DNA of 64,000 nt from Octopus sinensis (lineage: Eukaryota), in NCBI RefSeq assembly GCF_006345805.1, contig NC_043000.1:31806001-31870000 (forward strand), read 5' to 3'. Numbering within the stretch: the stretch's first letter is position 1; each line of letters begins with the position of its first letter. The translations under genes and the position numbers were made by a program. Positions 52,983-64,000 of this stretch are shown in pieces. The notes under the pieces were generated by a model, which had not been told where the DNA came from, made no database searches, and saw nothing but the letters and a program-made list of their open reading frames with translations.

Positions 52983-54409
52983 TAAACAGAACAGCTGAAG
53001 ACTTTGAAAAAGTTTGAAAGGAAAGCATTGGTGGTTTAAGGGGTTTGAATTTGAAATCGGAGATTCAAGTTGTTGGGGGCTACGACGTTTCCGTTTAACG
53101 ACATTCACTCTCTTGTGATACCAGCAGGGAACAAATACTTCACGTACCTCTTATCAGCTGTAACAATCACTGGTTTTCACAGACGTTTTGATTACAGAGT
53201 TATTATTGATAAATATATCTGTCCCCAGAAATAGCTCTTCCGATGGCTTCGGGTACACAGAAATGTTTTTCTACATTTACATATGGCAAAACAAATTGCT
53301 TTACTGAATTTTCAGAATCTTTTAAGCTGCGTCAATATCAATGGAATTGCTTCGTTCAAGCCGACAGTATATCAAATTGTGGAACTAAGAAAACGGGTGA
53401 TTATCTGAGAGAGTGGGGTGAGACAGAGGGAGAGAGAGAAGTCAATCTATTAATATTGTAATCTTTGTCCCATTCTTTCTACACTCCTCTCTCGTATAAA
53501 TGTTTTCTTTTCCTCGTTTCACTTCTGCATTCTTTTTTCTTCCTCATCTCCTCTTCCTTCTCACTCTCGAAATATATATTTTGTTCAATCTTTCTTCCCA
53601 GTGGTTTAAGTCAAAGCCACAGAATGAATACACACTTAAAGGTCAAAGTTATTTCTTAAAGTTCACTTCGAAATAACTTCCACACATCTGGAGACAATAA
53701 AGACAAAAAATTAAGCAGGATGAACATTTCGCTACTTAATCCTGTTACAGCGTTTCTTGTTGATCATTAGGTTTGCTACTCGTGCGCGGTAAAATTAGAT
53801 TGGAAACAATAATCGTTCGATAATTTTAAAAAGAAATCACATTTATATGATTCATGTTTATAGAAATAGTGACTGAAATGTCAAATGGCGTGTGTTGTTA
53901 GTGAACTAATATCGATAAAGATACAAACCAAACATTCGAAATCAATCTTTGTCAGTTAAATCAACAATTGCTCTCGATCAAGGACGAAGTTCATTTCTTC
54001 AGAGACGAGTCGCAGACTAACAGAACCTCACTCCAAGTTCGATTCTTGATTGAAACTATTTATTTTACATCGTTTTCGATGCAAATGACTTTTCATGGAA
54101 TTGGAACGATTAAAACACCTCCTGAAATATTTTTTCTTTGGTGCTTTGTAAAACAAGGGGAAAAATGTGTATGAACTATCTGGTGATTATCGCAGATCAA
54201 GCAATAGTAATTTCCCCAACGAGCGAAGACCAAAATCTAATTTCAATTTTCAGATAAACTTCATTTTTTGTATAAATGACTTTGGGAAAAGTATAAATAC
54301 TACAACATCCCATTTCTATTAAGTAAAGTATAGGAACAGTATTTCTATTCAAGAGAACTAAGTTGACAGTAATCAGAATAGGTACAATTCCCTGAATGCT
54401 GGTTCACTA

Positions 54410-54505
54410 AACCCCAATACCCTGCTGGTATTTATTGTATCGACCTCAAAAGAATGAAGGACAACTTCGGCGAAGTTTGAACTCAGAACGAAGTGCCGCT
54501 AAGCA

Positions 54506-54560
<55 letters not shown>

Positions 54561-54730
54561 CCTTTCTACTATATCCACAACGCTTTGAATTTGAGGGGAG
54601 AGAGATAGTTGATCACAATACTTAATTTATCGACCTCGCAAGAACGAAAACAAAGTCGACCTCAGCGGAACTGGAACTCGGAACGCTAAGCATTTCATCC
54701 AGTGTGCTAACGATTTTGCCAGCGCGATGC
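54410..54730 (-). mobile_element. Two degenerate family M SINEs separated by (AAT)n (54508-54560)
   Basis: TATCGACCTC...TTTGAACTCAGAAC and GTCGACCTCAGCGGAAC...GCTAACGATTTTGCCAGC. Confidence 0.8.
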
Positions 54731-54734
54731 CTTA

Positions 54735-55135
54735 CACACAGATAGAGAAATCAAGGCTAATGGGCGGTATATAGTTGTCAGAGATGACCAAGAGAAATCG
54801 CTTTCAAATGGATGTATCAATACCAACAGATGACAATGTTTCTCTAAAAGAAACGAAGAAACTTTCAAAATACAAAGATCTGGAAATAGAGGTAACTCGA
54901 ATATGGAGTCTAAAAACAGAAACAATTCTATCATAGGCGCGTTAAATATGGTAAAAAAAAATTCAGCCAAATGTATAACAGAAACACTGGGACTAACAAG
55001 TGTATAACATACAGCAGAAAATGGCACTACGAGGCACCACACACATCCTGCGTCAAACATTTTCAATACAGTAAAAATGAGAGCACCACAACAAACCACA
55101 GCACATATTCAAGGTACACAGAGCTGTGCTCGGAG
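54735..55135 (+). mobile_element. R4/Dong-clade fragment, same subfamily as D3
   Basis: Nucleotide similarity to the reverse complement of 27590-27970, including the 3' UTR CAAGGnACACAGAGCTGnGCTCGG. Confidence 0.88.
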
Positions 55136-55194
55136 TTCTTGGAGATACTGGAAATGGATAGGTTGATGGTGAAAGAAATTACAGAAAAATTTAA

Positions 55195-56086
55195 GGTGGA
55201 GCACTTGCGCAGACTGAGACATAATCCTTAAGTCGAAATTAAACGGACGAAATAAGATTGAAGCTATCAACACCTGAGCAGTTTAACTCCTTAGATATGG
55301 AGCAGGGGTAATCGCATGGACAGTAGATGAACTAAACAGTTTAGACAGAAAGACAAGGAAGTTGCTGACTAGATATGGGATGCTCCATCCAGAAAGTGAC
55401 ACAGACAGACCGTATGTACCAAGCAAAATAAGGGAAAGAGGACCGATTGGATGCGAACACAGCGTTAAAGCAGATGAAAACAACATAGCATGCTATATTG
55501 GAAATATGAAGGTCAGGCTTGCGTAGGACGGAAGATTGCAAAGATAAAGCACTGTACAAGCACTTGAGAATGAATGAATAGGTGGATAAAGAAAAGAATG
55601 CATAGACAATTTCATAGGGATGCTGAAGATAAGACAGTAAGACAGACAGAAAAAAGATGGCTATGGATAACTAAAAGTGATTTAAAACCGGAAATGGAGG
55701 CTCTAATCTGTACTGCCCAAGAGAAAGTGCTAAGAACGAATTACATCAAATACAGAGTGCAGAATTTGTGGACAAAATGGTGAAACTGTATAGTATATTA
55801 CCAATCACTGTTCGCCACTAGCCCAGAAAGAATATAAGAGACGCGATGTCAATATTGCAAGGATTGTCTGTTGGACACTTTGCAACAAGTATGGACTTGA
55901 CATAACAAAAAAGTTGTACGACCATAAACTCGAAAGCATCATCGAAAATGATAATGCAAAGATCCTGTAGGATTTTATGATTGAGTGCAACCATGACATA
56001 AAAATTAGGAAACCAGACAGAGTGTTAATTGAGAAAGAAAGCAAATGATGCTGGATCATAGATATAGCATGCCCAGCTGACAACAA
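55195..56086 (+). mobile_element. R4/Dong-clade fragment (thumb to RLE), degenerate
   Basis: RYGAGVIAWTVDELNSLDRKTRKLLTRYGMLHPESDTDRPYVP...ALICTAQEKVLRTNY...RRDVN...KILxDF...RKPD...IDIACPADN. Same subfamily as 23330-23630. Confidence 0.88.
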
Positions 56087-56405
56087 GTAATTATTTTATC
56101 GACCCCGAAAGGATGAAAAGCAAAGCTCACCTTGACAGAATTTGAACTCGGATCGTAAAGCTTTTTGCCCGACGCACTTAACGATTCTGCCAGCTCACCG
56201 CCTTAGTAGTAATAACAGTAATGATATTTGCAATGATGATGATGATGATGATTCTTTCTGATCTTGGTAGAAGGCCAACATTTATGAGGGGAATGGGCAT
56301 ATTGATTACAACTTGTATGTATTTTATCGATTCCAAAAGAATGAAAGTTAAAATCGACCTCGGAAAAGTTTTGGAGCCAAAACTGAATGAAGTGCCACTA
56401 AGCAT
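56087..56405 (-). mobile_element. Two degenerate family M SINEs
   Basis: 56087-56203 and about 56235-56405 match the family M body. Confidence 0.78.
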
Positions 56406-56800
56406 TTTGTCCAACTCGAATTTAATAATTAGAACTGGGAAAGTAACAAGGGCTGCACGTTACATAAAATACTAAGTCAGGTGCTACCATAATTTAATGA
56501 GTCAAGAAATTTTAGCTAATCAAAATTTCCAGTGTTGAGAAGAATAATTATTGTGCAAAAAGTAGGGGAGACAGTAGCTCATAGTCAATTATAATTAATG
56601 AAAAGTGGAATGCCGGAATACAGTGGAGTCTAAGCTTTAGTTTCAACTGAAGTGCGACAACCCCTGACATGTTTCAATATTATTAGACCTCATTTATGAT
56701 ATTCACTTTAAAATCAAATAGAACATAAGACGTCCTTGAAAATGAAAGTTTTTGGAAATAAGCTAAATGTTCAAAGACTGGTGCTGAGATAAGTATTATT

Positions 56801-57003
56801 CTAGGCACAATGTCCGAAATTTTGGGGGAGAGGACCAGTTGATTAGATCGGCCCCAGTACGCAACTGGTACTTAATTTATCGATCTCGAAAGGATAAAAG
56901 GCAAAGTCGACCTCGGCGGAATTTGAACTCAGAACGTAAAGACAGACGAAATACCGCAAAGCATTTCGCCCGGCGTGCTAACGTTTCTGCCAGTTCGCCG
57001 CCT
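56801..57003 (-). mobile_element. Full-length SINE family M, tail type B, with 19-bp TSD
   Basis: TGCTGAGA(T/G)AAGTATTATT at 56782-56800 and 57004-57022. Confidence 0.93.
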
Positions 57004-57509
57004 TGCTGAGAGAAGTATTATTGTATTTTTGTTTTTCTTGTTGCTGTTTAGTTCCAAGCCAGTTCTGATTCGGTAGATTTATGGTCATTAATATTCCAAC
57101 CATGACCATCCAATCTTATTCTAATGCATAAATACATCCTAGAAATTGTCCATTTTGCATACTAATGTTTCTTGTTAAATGAAGGAGGGACGTGACTGTT
57201 TTTTCTAGCAGGTCATTAAACCACTTAATAGCTTCCTTGTTAACTCGAATCATCAAGGAATCCCTGGTAGTAGACTTAAAGTTCTATGAGATGGAGGCAG
57301 AGGATTCTGGTTACAAAGGGAGTTAATATAAAATGTACTGTTGGCTTGTCAGTTATTGTTTACGTATAGGATCAGGACTGTATGAAACGATCGGAGGGAG
57401 TCTGGTCTGAAGTCAAGCATTCCAACATCTGCCAGCTGCCTTCTCTAGGTTCATGAGGAGGATTTGAACTGTAAGATTACGAAAAACCTCTTAAATATAT
57501 TGTATTCGT

Positions 57510-57830
57510 GAAGGCGCATGCCTTAGTAGTTAGGGGTATTCGGCTCACGATCGCAAGGTCGGATGTTCGATTCCTGGTGACGTCTTTTGACTTTGAGCAA
57601 GACACTTAATTTCCCGTTGCTCCACTCAGCTGGCAAAAGTGAACAATACCTGTAATACAAAGGGAGCCAGCCTTGTCACATTCTGTATCACTCTAAATCT
57701 CACTGAAAATTACATTAAGGGTTATGCATGTCTGTGGAGTGCTCAGCCACTTGCATGTTAGTTTCACGTGCAGGCTGTTCTGTTGATCGGACCAATTGGA
57801 ACGTTTATTGTCGTAACCGACCGAGTGGCA
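57510..57830 (+). mobile_element. tRNA-derived SINE, head H2 plus CORE-like segment plus 3' domain N
   Basis: GAAGGCGCATGCCTTAGTAGTTAGG...GTTCGATTCC, then TTGAGCAAGACACTTAATTTC...CTCAGCTG, then a domain homologous to the reverse complement of 15955-16135. Confidence 0.85.
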
Positions 57831-59614
57831 GCAGTATGTTGTATTTACGTTACTACCGTGAACAAAAACTGACCTCATTACCGTGCGCTAATGATATGCC
57901 TATCAGATATATTATATCAACACTACCACCGTAAAGCGAATTTAAGCTCATTACAGTAAGTTGAATAATCTGTATTCAGACGGTTACCATAATGTCGTGG
58001 TAAGTATTTACTGCTGGATTGGCCGTGATAAAACATGCACATAATGAAATATATTAAACTATTCGGAAGGGAATTTACGTTACCATTAGCAACTAGATTT
58101 GTCCTCCTGGCAATCATCAATAAACCAATCAATTTAGTTTCACCTTTGCTTTAAACCCAAGTTAACACTCTACTTCTTTCTCTTTTTCTATCACCTTGAA
58201 ACAATATTTCATTTGTATTTAAATCAAGTTCTTCTTGTCGCTTTTGCAGAAATATCAAATATATTTGCCTTCGCATTTGCTTTCTTCGTTGTTTTCCTCT
58301 TCATAAATCTTTCCAACTTGATTATTTATATATTTTAATGTATCCAAGCTATTTTAATTTACTTTTCTATTTAAACCCCTTAATGAATTACTGCTCCGTT
58401 ATATTAATAAATTAAAAATTAATTGAACAGGAAATCCTAATTAAAAAGCGGAAGATAATTATGGCAGTTTCAGAACCCAACCAGCCAAACTTCACATTGA
58501 TGGAATATAGCTGTGAGGTACTGAAGCGAAACAACTTGTAGAAATAGAGACTTATCATAAATCTAAGATCGAACATTCTAGAAAGTAGGGGTCGTTGTCG
58601 TTTAGACCTGAGTTATCTTAGGCTAGACAGATCCCTGAATAAAGATACACCGGTGATTAATCTTTCATTTTTAGGAGAGTGTAGGGTTACATAATCAAAT
58701 TCAAACTAAATAGACGCTCCACCAAGGGATAAACTTAGATGTTCACTGGTTCATCAAGGAAGAGATGAGGGCTGAGTTTATGGCCCTCATTTCTTCAGTT
58801 ATCCACAAAGTAGAGATCAGGGCCAAATGCTTGCAACAGAGTAAATTCCGCTAAAGGCACACAAAGACCAAGTGGTGATGTTGAAGAGTGTCTAGGAATA
58901 AGTCAACCATCTAAGAGCTCAGACAGCAAAAAACTGATAAAAACATCAAAGGCTATTTTGTCTAACGTTCTAAGAAAAAAAATGCCAATTTCATCGTCTT
59001 TGAACAAAACCGTTTTTCTGTAGATAAGAGAGTAATTTCTTGCAACAAATGTGTTCGGAAATTTTTTTTAAATGAGTTTCAAAACACAACCTGACAAGAA
59101 AAAGTGAAAGAAACCTTAAAACCAAAATTCCAAAATATAATCATAACATCGTGTCGACCATTTCCTGACAAGGCTGGAAAATTTCAAATATAGATCTACA
59201 ATACAGAACCACGGGGATCTGTTGATTCTACATAGGACTGGTTTTGCCAGAAGGAACTCCATGGAAAAAATTTACGAGACAAGACAGATTTTACGGCTTC
59301 CACAATATTCTGTATATTAAGAAGCACCGAACTACACTAAATCATAAAGTTGAGTCTCAGCTAATACAGAATTTCTCTGTGATAATCGCCGATATAAATG
59401 CGGGACAGTTGGTTGATTTCTGCTTCCATCTGGCTCCATGATATATACACGGGGGTGGGGAATAAAGGAGGGACAGGTAGACAGACAGACAGGTAGACAA
59501 ACAGAGAAAGTTAACACAAGAAGTGAAAGCCGTCGATAGAGGAACACTGGAACTGACGAGGCGGGGATGGTAAAATAGTAAACGGTACAGAACCGGTAGA
59601 TGCCGAATACATGA

Positions 59615-60075
59615 TACACGCTTCTATACATACATACATACATACATGCATACATACATACATACATACACACAAACATACATACATACGTACATACATA
59701 CATACATACATATATACATACATACATTCATACACACAAACATACATACATGCATACATTCATACAAACATACATACATAAATATATGCATACATATATA
59801 TACATACATACATACATTCATACACACAAACGTACATACATACAACATACATACATACATATATACATATATAAATACACACATACATATATATACATAC
59901 ATACATTCATACACACATACATACACATACATACATACATACATACATACATACACACACATACATACACAAATACATACATACATACACACACATACAT
60001 AAATACATACATGCATACAGTTATACACACAAATACACATACACACAAGCATACATACATACGCACACACGCACA
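59615..60075. repeat. Long imperfect (TACA)n/(CA)
   Basis: Directly visible. Confidence 0.95.
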
Positions 60076-60640
60076 CATATATTCAGTCGCATATAGAGAG
60101 ACATCACTTCACTTTAAGTCGAAGGATAACACTGAGAAACATTTGGGAGGAGCAACATTGTGTATGTGTGTGTGTGAAAGCATGTATGCATGGTTAAGGA
60201 GGCCATGTTCCTGTAGAGTCTGACAAAAGTAAATATCTCAGTAACTTGACGTTTTAGAGATAGCAGCCAAATCTTCTCAAATTACACACTACCATCTCAA
60301 AATGTGAAGAATGCATTACGTAATGTACTCCTAGATATCCTTCAAAACAGACAAGATGATCCTAACAGGAAACCCTTTGGTTATTGAGTTGACTGTAGAT
60401 TATCAATCAGAGTTGATTTAAAACTAAAGAATAAAGACTAAGGACACATCACATCGGTAAAAATAATAACAAGAAATATTTAATAAAACTCTTGTAAAAT
60501 AATTTTATGAATTGGCATTCTGAAAATGATAGGAATATAAGCAACAAGAACCTTTGTCATTATCTTGTCTATTAAAATATCATTCCATTCCAAAAAGAAG
60601 GAAACCCAGAAAGAGTAATATATATATATATATATATATA

Positions 60641-60844
60641 GTTAATCCTAACATGAAAACACAAAGAGAAAACACAACAACGCGAGGACGTGGAACAAGT
60701 ATAGTGTTATTGGACGCTCAGGAAAGGAAAGAAAGGAGGATTTAACGTTTCGAACGGAGCTCTTCGTCAGAAATATAGGAAAAGGAAAGGTCCAAGGAAG
60801 GGAAGACAGAGAAAAAATATCGCCAACGGTACACACGCGGTCAC
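60641..60844 (-). mobile_element. Sister of family A (A5) with a canonical hammerhead core
   Basis: Starts GTGACC on the minus strand. ATTT-CTGACGA-A-GAGC-TCC-GTTC-GAAACGTT-AAAT. (TA)n on both sides. Confidence 0.75.
60740..60774 (-). ncRNA. Putative minimal type I hammerhead ribozyme motif
   Basis: CUGACGA core, 4-bp stem II, GAAA, palindromic ACGU stem III, GUU site and 4-bp stem I, all read from the sequence. Activity is untested. Confidence 0.5.
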
Positions 60845-60877
<33 letters not shown>

Positions 60878-60880
<3 letters not shown>

Positions 60881-61045
60881 AGAGTTTATGAAAAAAACAA
60901 AAGACGAAGACAGGTGGTGTACAAAACAAACAGATGTATTAGTATAACGCTCAGGAATAGAAAAAGTCTTTTACGTTTCGAGCCTACGCTCTTCTACAGA
61001 AAGGAACATAGAAAAAACAAGGAGAGAAAAAAATGTGTGTGTGTA
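60878..61045 (-). mobile_element. Family A element (A4)
   Basis: CTTT-CTGTAGA-A-GAGC-GTAG-GCTC-GAAACGTA-AAAG on the minus strand (60968-61003). Confidence 0.82.
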
Positions 61046-61060
61046 CATATATATATACAT

Positions 61061-61200
61061 ACAACGAGCTTCTTTCAGTTTCCGCCTACCAAATCCACTG
61101 ACGAGGCTTTGGTCGGCTCGAGGCTATGATGTCATGCAGTTGAATTGAATGCGAAACCATGTGGTTGGGAACGCAGCTTCTCACCACACAGCTACGCTTT
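61061..61200 (-). mobile_element. SINE family C head module, degenerate
   Basis: Reverse complement of the head seen at 10959-11100. Confidence 0.82.
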
Positions 61201-61444
61201 CGTACATTGTTTATACAAGATTCGTAGCCAGTAAACAATCCTTAATTGGGCTATTCAAAATAGTATGGAAGAACATGGTGGGAAAAATACTAAACAAGTT
61301 TCCAAGTGTGATTCATATGTAGATGTTATCTAAAAGTAGTAGTATTGATCATGTGACATATTGGCTGTCGACCCTTGTTTATGAATTCAATTAGACAAAC
61401 GTATCCACTGGAAAACATCACAGCCAAATCATAAACATATCATA

Positions 61445-62052
61445 GAAATACCTATTTCTTTACTATCCACAAGGGGCTAAACACAGAGGGGACAAACAAG
61501 GACAGACAAACGGATTAAGTCGATTACATCGACTCCAGTGCGTAACTGGTACTTAATTTATCGACTCCGAAAGGATGAAAGGCAAAGTGGACTTCGGCGG
61601 AATTTGAACTCAGAATGTAACGGCAGACGAAATACCTATTTCTTTACTACCCACAAGGGGCTAAACACAGAGGGGACAAACAAGGACAGACAAACGGATT
61701 AAGTCGATTACATCGACTCCAGTGCGTAACTGGTACTTAATTTATCGACTCCGAAAGGATGAAAGGCAAAGTGGACTTCGGCGGAATTTGAACTCAGAAT
61801 GTAACGGCAGACGAAATACCTATTTCTTTACTACCCACAAGGGGCTAAACACAGAGGGGACAAACAAGGACAGAGAAAGGGATTAAGTCGATTACATCGA
61901 CTCCAGTGCGTAACTGGTAATTTATTTATCGACCCCGAAAGGATGAAAGGCAAAGTGGACCTCGGCGGAATTTGAACTCAGGACGTAATGGCAGACGAAA
62001 TACCGCTGAGCATTTCGCCTGACGTGCTAACGATTCTCTCAGCCCGCCGCCT
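61445..62052 (-). mobile_element. SINE family M (tail A) with three tandem 184-bp body-tail units
   Basis: GAAATACC recurs at 61445, 61629, 61813 and 61997. A single head lies at 61997-62052. Confidence 0.93.
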
Positions 62053-62289
62053 TAAAATATATCCTGCTTAAAGTGAAAGTAAGGCTGTCAAAAAACGCAA
62101 TGAAAAGAGGCGCAGAAGTTATATTTCCACCTTTTGCATTGGATGTGTATGGCTATCTTTCAGCAAAGCTTTCTTGACCCCCAGCTGATCTTCTGCCATC
62201 AGTTTGGTCAGTGCCTTTTACTTTTCTTTTTTTACATGTTTATGGTCCTATAAGTGTTTTCTTCCGCCCCGGGACGTACTTTTTAAAGA

Positions 62290-62550
62290 CCGGAACTTAT
62301 CGATATCTTAAACCGAACTGCTATGTTACGGGGACGTAAACACACCAAAGCCGGTTTTCATGCGGTGGTGGGGGACAAACACAGACACGCATGCACACAC
62401 ACACACACAAAACACACACACACACACATACACACACACACCGGTAAACTGGAGCCAAGTGAGATGAACTCCGTTGCTCAAAGATATTGCGTTACATGGA
62501 GCTAGAATTGAACCCAAGATGTACGTCTTAACAACTGAGCCACGCGCCGT
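62290..62550 (-). mobile_element. Chimeric SINE: H2/CORE-like head, (TG)n, family C 3' module
   Basis: Minus strand GGCGCGTGGCTCAGTTGTTAAG...GGTTCAATTC...CTTTGAGCAAC...CTCCAGTTTACC, then TG repeats, then GTTTGTCCCCCACCACCGC...GTGTTTACGTCCCCGTAAC. Confidence 0.7.
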
Positions 62551-62799
62551 CGTATAAGAATAAACTACAAGAAATAACAATGCTTGGAGTCGAAATAATG
62601 CTTTTGCATGTGCGCGCTGTTTCGTTGTAGACGCTCAGTATTTGATATACATTTACATACACACATACATTCATACATATACGAGTAAGCACATAAATAT
62701 GAAACAGGGGGGGATATAACTCGAATACCGGAGGTAGAGTATTCCACGATCGGGAACGTGAAACTCTGAGTAGCAGTTTTTGTGATAATTTTTGTGATA

Positions 62800-63960
62800 A
62801 TCGATACTAATTAAAAGGCATTACCCAATATCATTAATAGATGATGGCATTAAACGAGCTAAGGAAATAGATATACGAACATTATGGGAAGTCAACCAAA
62901 ATACTAAACCAGACTTAAAAATACTCCCATACATCTCCACACATAACCCTAGAAACAATGAAGCCTTTAGCATTATCATCCGAAATCTACCCATCCTCAC
63001 AGGAGATAAAACAATGAACAAAATTTTAGGCTCACACAAAATTATCAAAAGCAAAATGCAACGTAAATCATTGAAAAAAATATTAACCAGCGCAAGACTA
63101 TATCCCTTAACAACAGAGCCAAAAGTGAAAAAAATGTGGTCGACCTAATTGTGGTAATGCCCCCATCTTTTGGAGGGTTCAGAGCTCCACTTTACACAAG
63201 ATGAAACATTTAAGATTAAATCAAATTTCACCTGTGCCTCGGGAAATTTAATCTATGCCATTACATGCTTAGGATGTGGTAATAATTACATTGGCCAAAC
63301 AGGAATATCACTCCGTCAAAGAACCACTCTCCACAAAGAACAAATCCGCCACCCACAATACAGAAAGATACAGGTCAGTGAACACATAGAAAGGTGTGCT
63401 AAGAATCTTAATCCTAATTTCCTAATTTCCCCTTCTATCAATGTTCACAGAACACCTCAGTACAACAAAGAATGAATAAAGAGGCAACTTTCATCAATAA
63501 ATATCTTCCACAACTCAATATGAACACATAACATAATACAGAACACTACTAACCTTTCAATTAATACCCCTAACCCCCATACGTCCCATACACCATTCAC
63601 ATTACAGATCTATATCTACCCTAATTGCACCAAATCCAGAACTACTTACCTCCCTTAAACATTATCTTTTTACTCAGGGACTAGTAGACCTGACACCGTT
63701 CAGTAATCGGTGTGCATTCCAAGTAATGATTAGTAATTTTACGAAACCGGTATGCTTTTGAATCTCTTTAACAAATCACAATAATGGCTTTTATTACTTT
63801 TATTCCTACCTCAGTTCATCTAACTGTTTATATCTATCGTTACTTTTCATAAAAAGCCTTTAATTTTTTTGATTTACAATGTGCATTTTCGCTTATTTTT
63901 CTTCTTACTTTCCCCTTACATTTCCATTGTAGTTTCTATTTTCTTTTTGTAACATATTTC
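62800..63960 (+). mobile_element. Penelope-like element 3' part (RT-EN linker and GIY-YIG), frameshifted
   Basis: YPISLIDDGIKRA...LPYISTHNP...KIIKSK...LKKILTSAR...VKKCGRPNCG, then FTCASGNLIYAITCLGCGNNYIGQTG..LRQR..LHKEQI. GAAACCGGTA at 63743-63752. Ends at (TA)n. Confidence 0.92.

Positions 63961-64000
<40 letters not shown>

Overview
This is an AT-rich, microsatellite-saturated eukaryotic window with no recognisable host protein-coding exon, rRNA, true tRNA gene or CRISPR array. The SINE repertoire and repeat landscape look like an octopus (coleoid cephalopod) genome; that is an inference from remembered repeat families, not a database search. The window is a layered mosaic of dead mobile elements: non-LTR retrotransposon fragments (RTE, CR1-like, Tx1/L1, R4/Dong, HERO-like), Penelope-like elements (GIY-YIG), one nearly intact mariner, a DDE transposase relic, several modular tRNA-derived SINE families, three minisatellites and many simple repeats. 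Most ORFs in the supplied track are microsatellite artefacts. The most interesting signals are: (1) a 4 kb same-strand array in which three different R4/Dong-type retroelement fragments strictly alternate with an unclassified non-coding element, every unit separated by (AAT)n; (2) a family of short (TA)n-associated non-coding elements carrying a minimal hammerhead-ribozyme-like fold with a non-canonical core, including a tandem pair that could form a double hammerhead; (3) a perfect 147-bp palindrome built from a Penelope-like terminus; (4) a SINE tail that matches the 3' end of a Tx1 LINE in the same window. All alignments and counts were done by eye.
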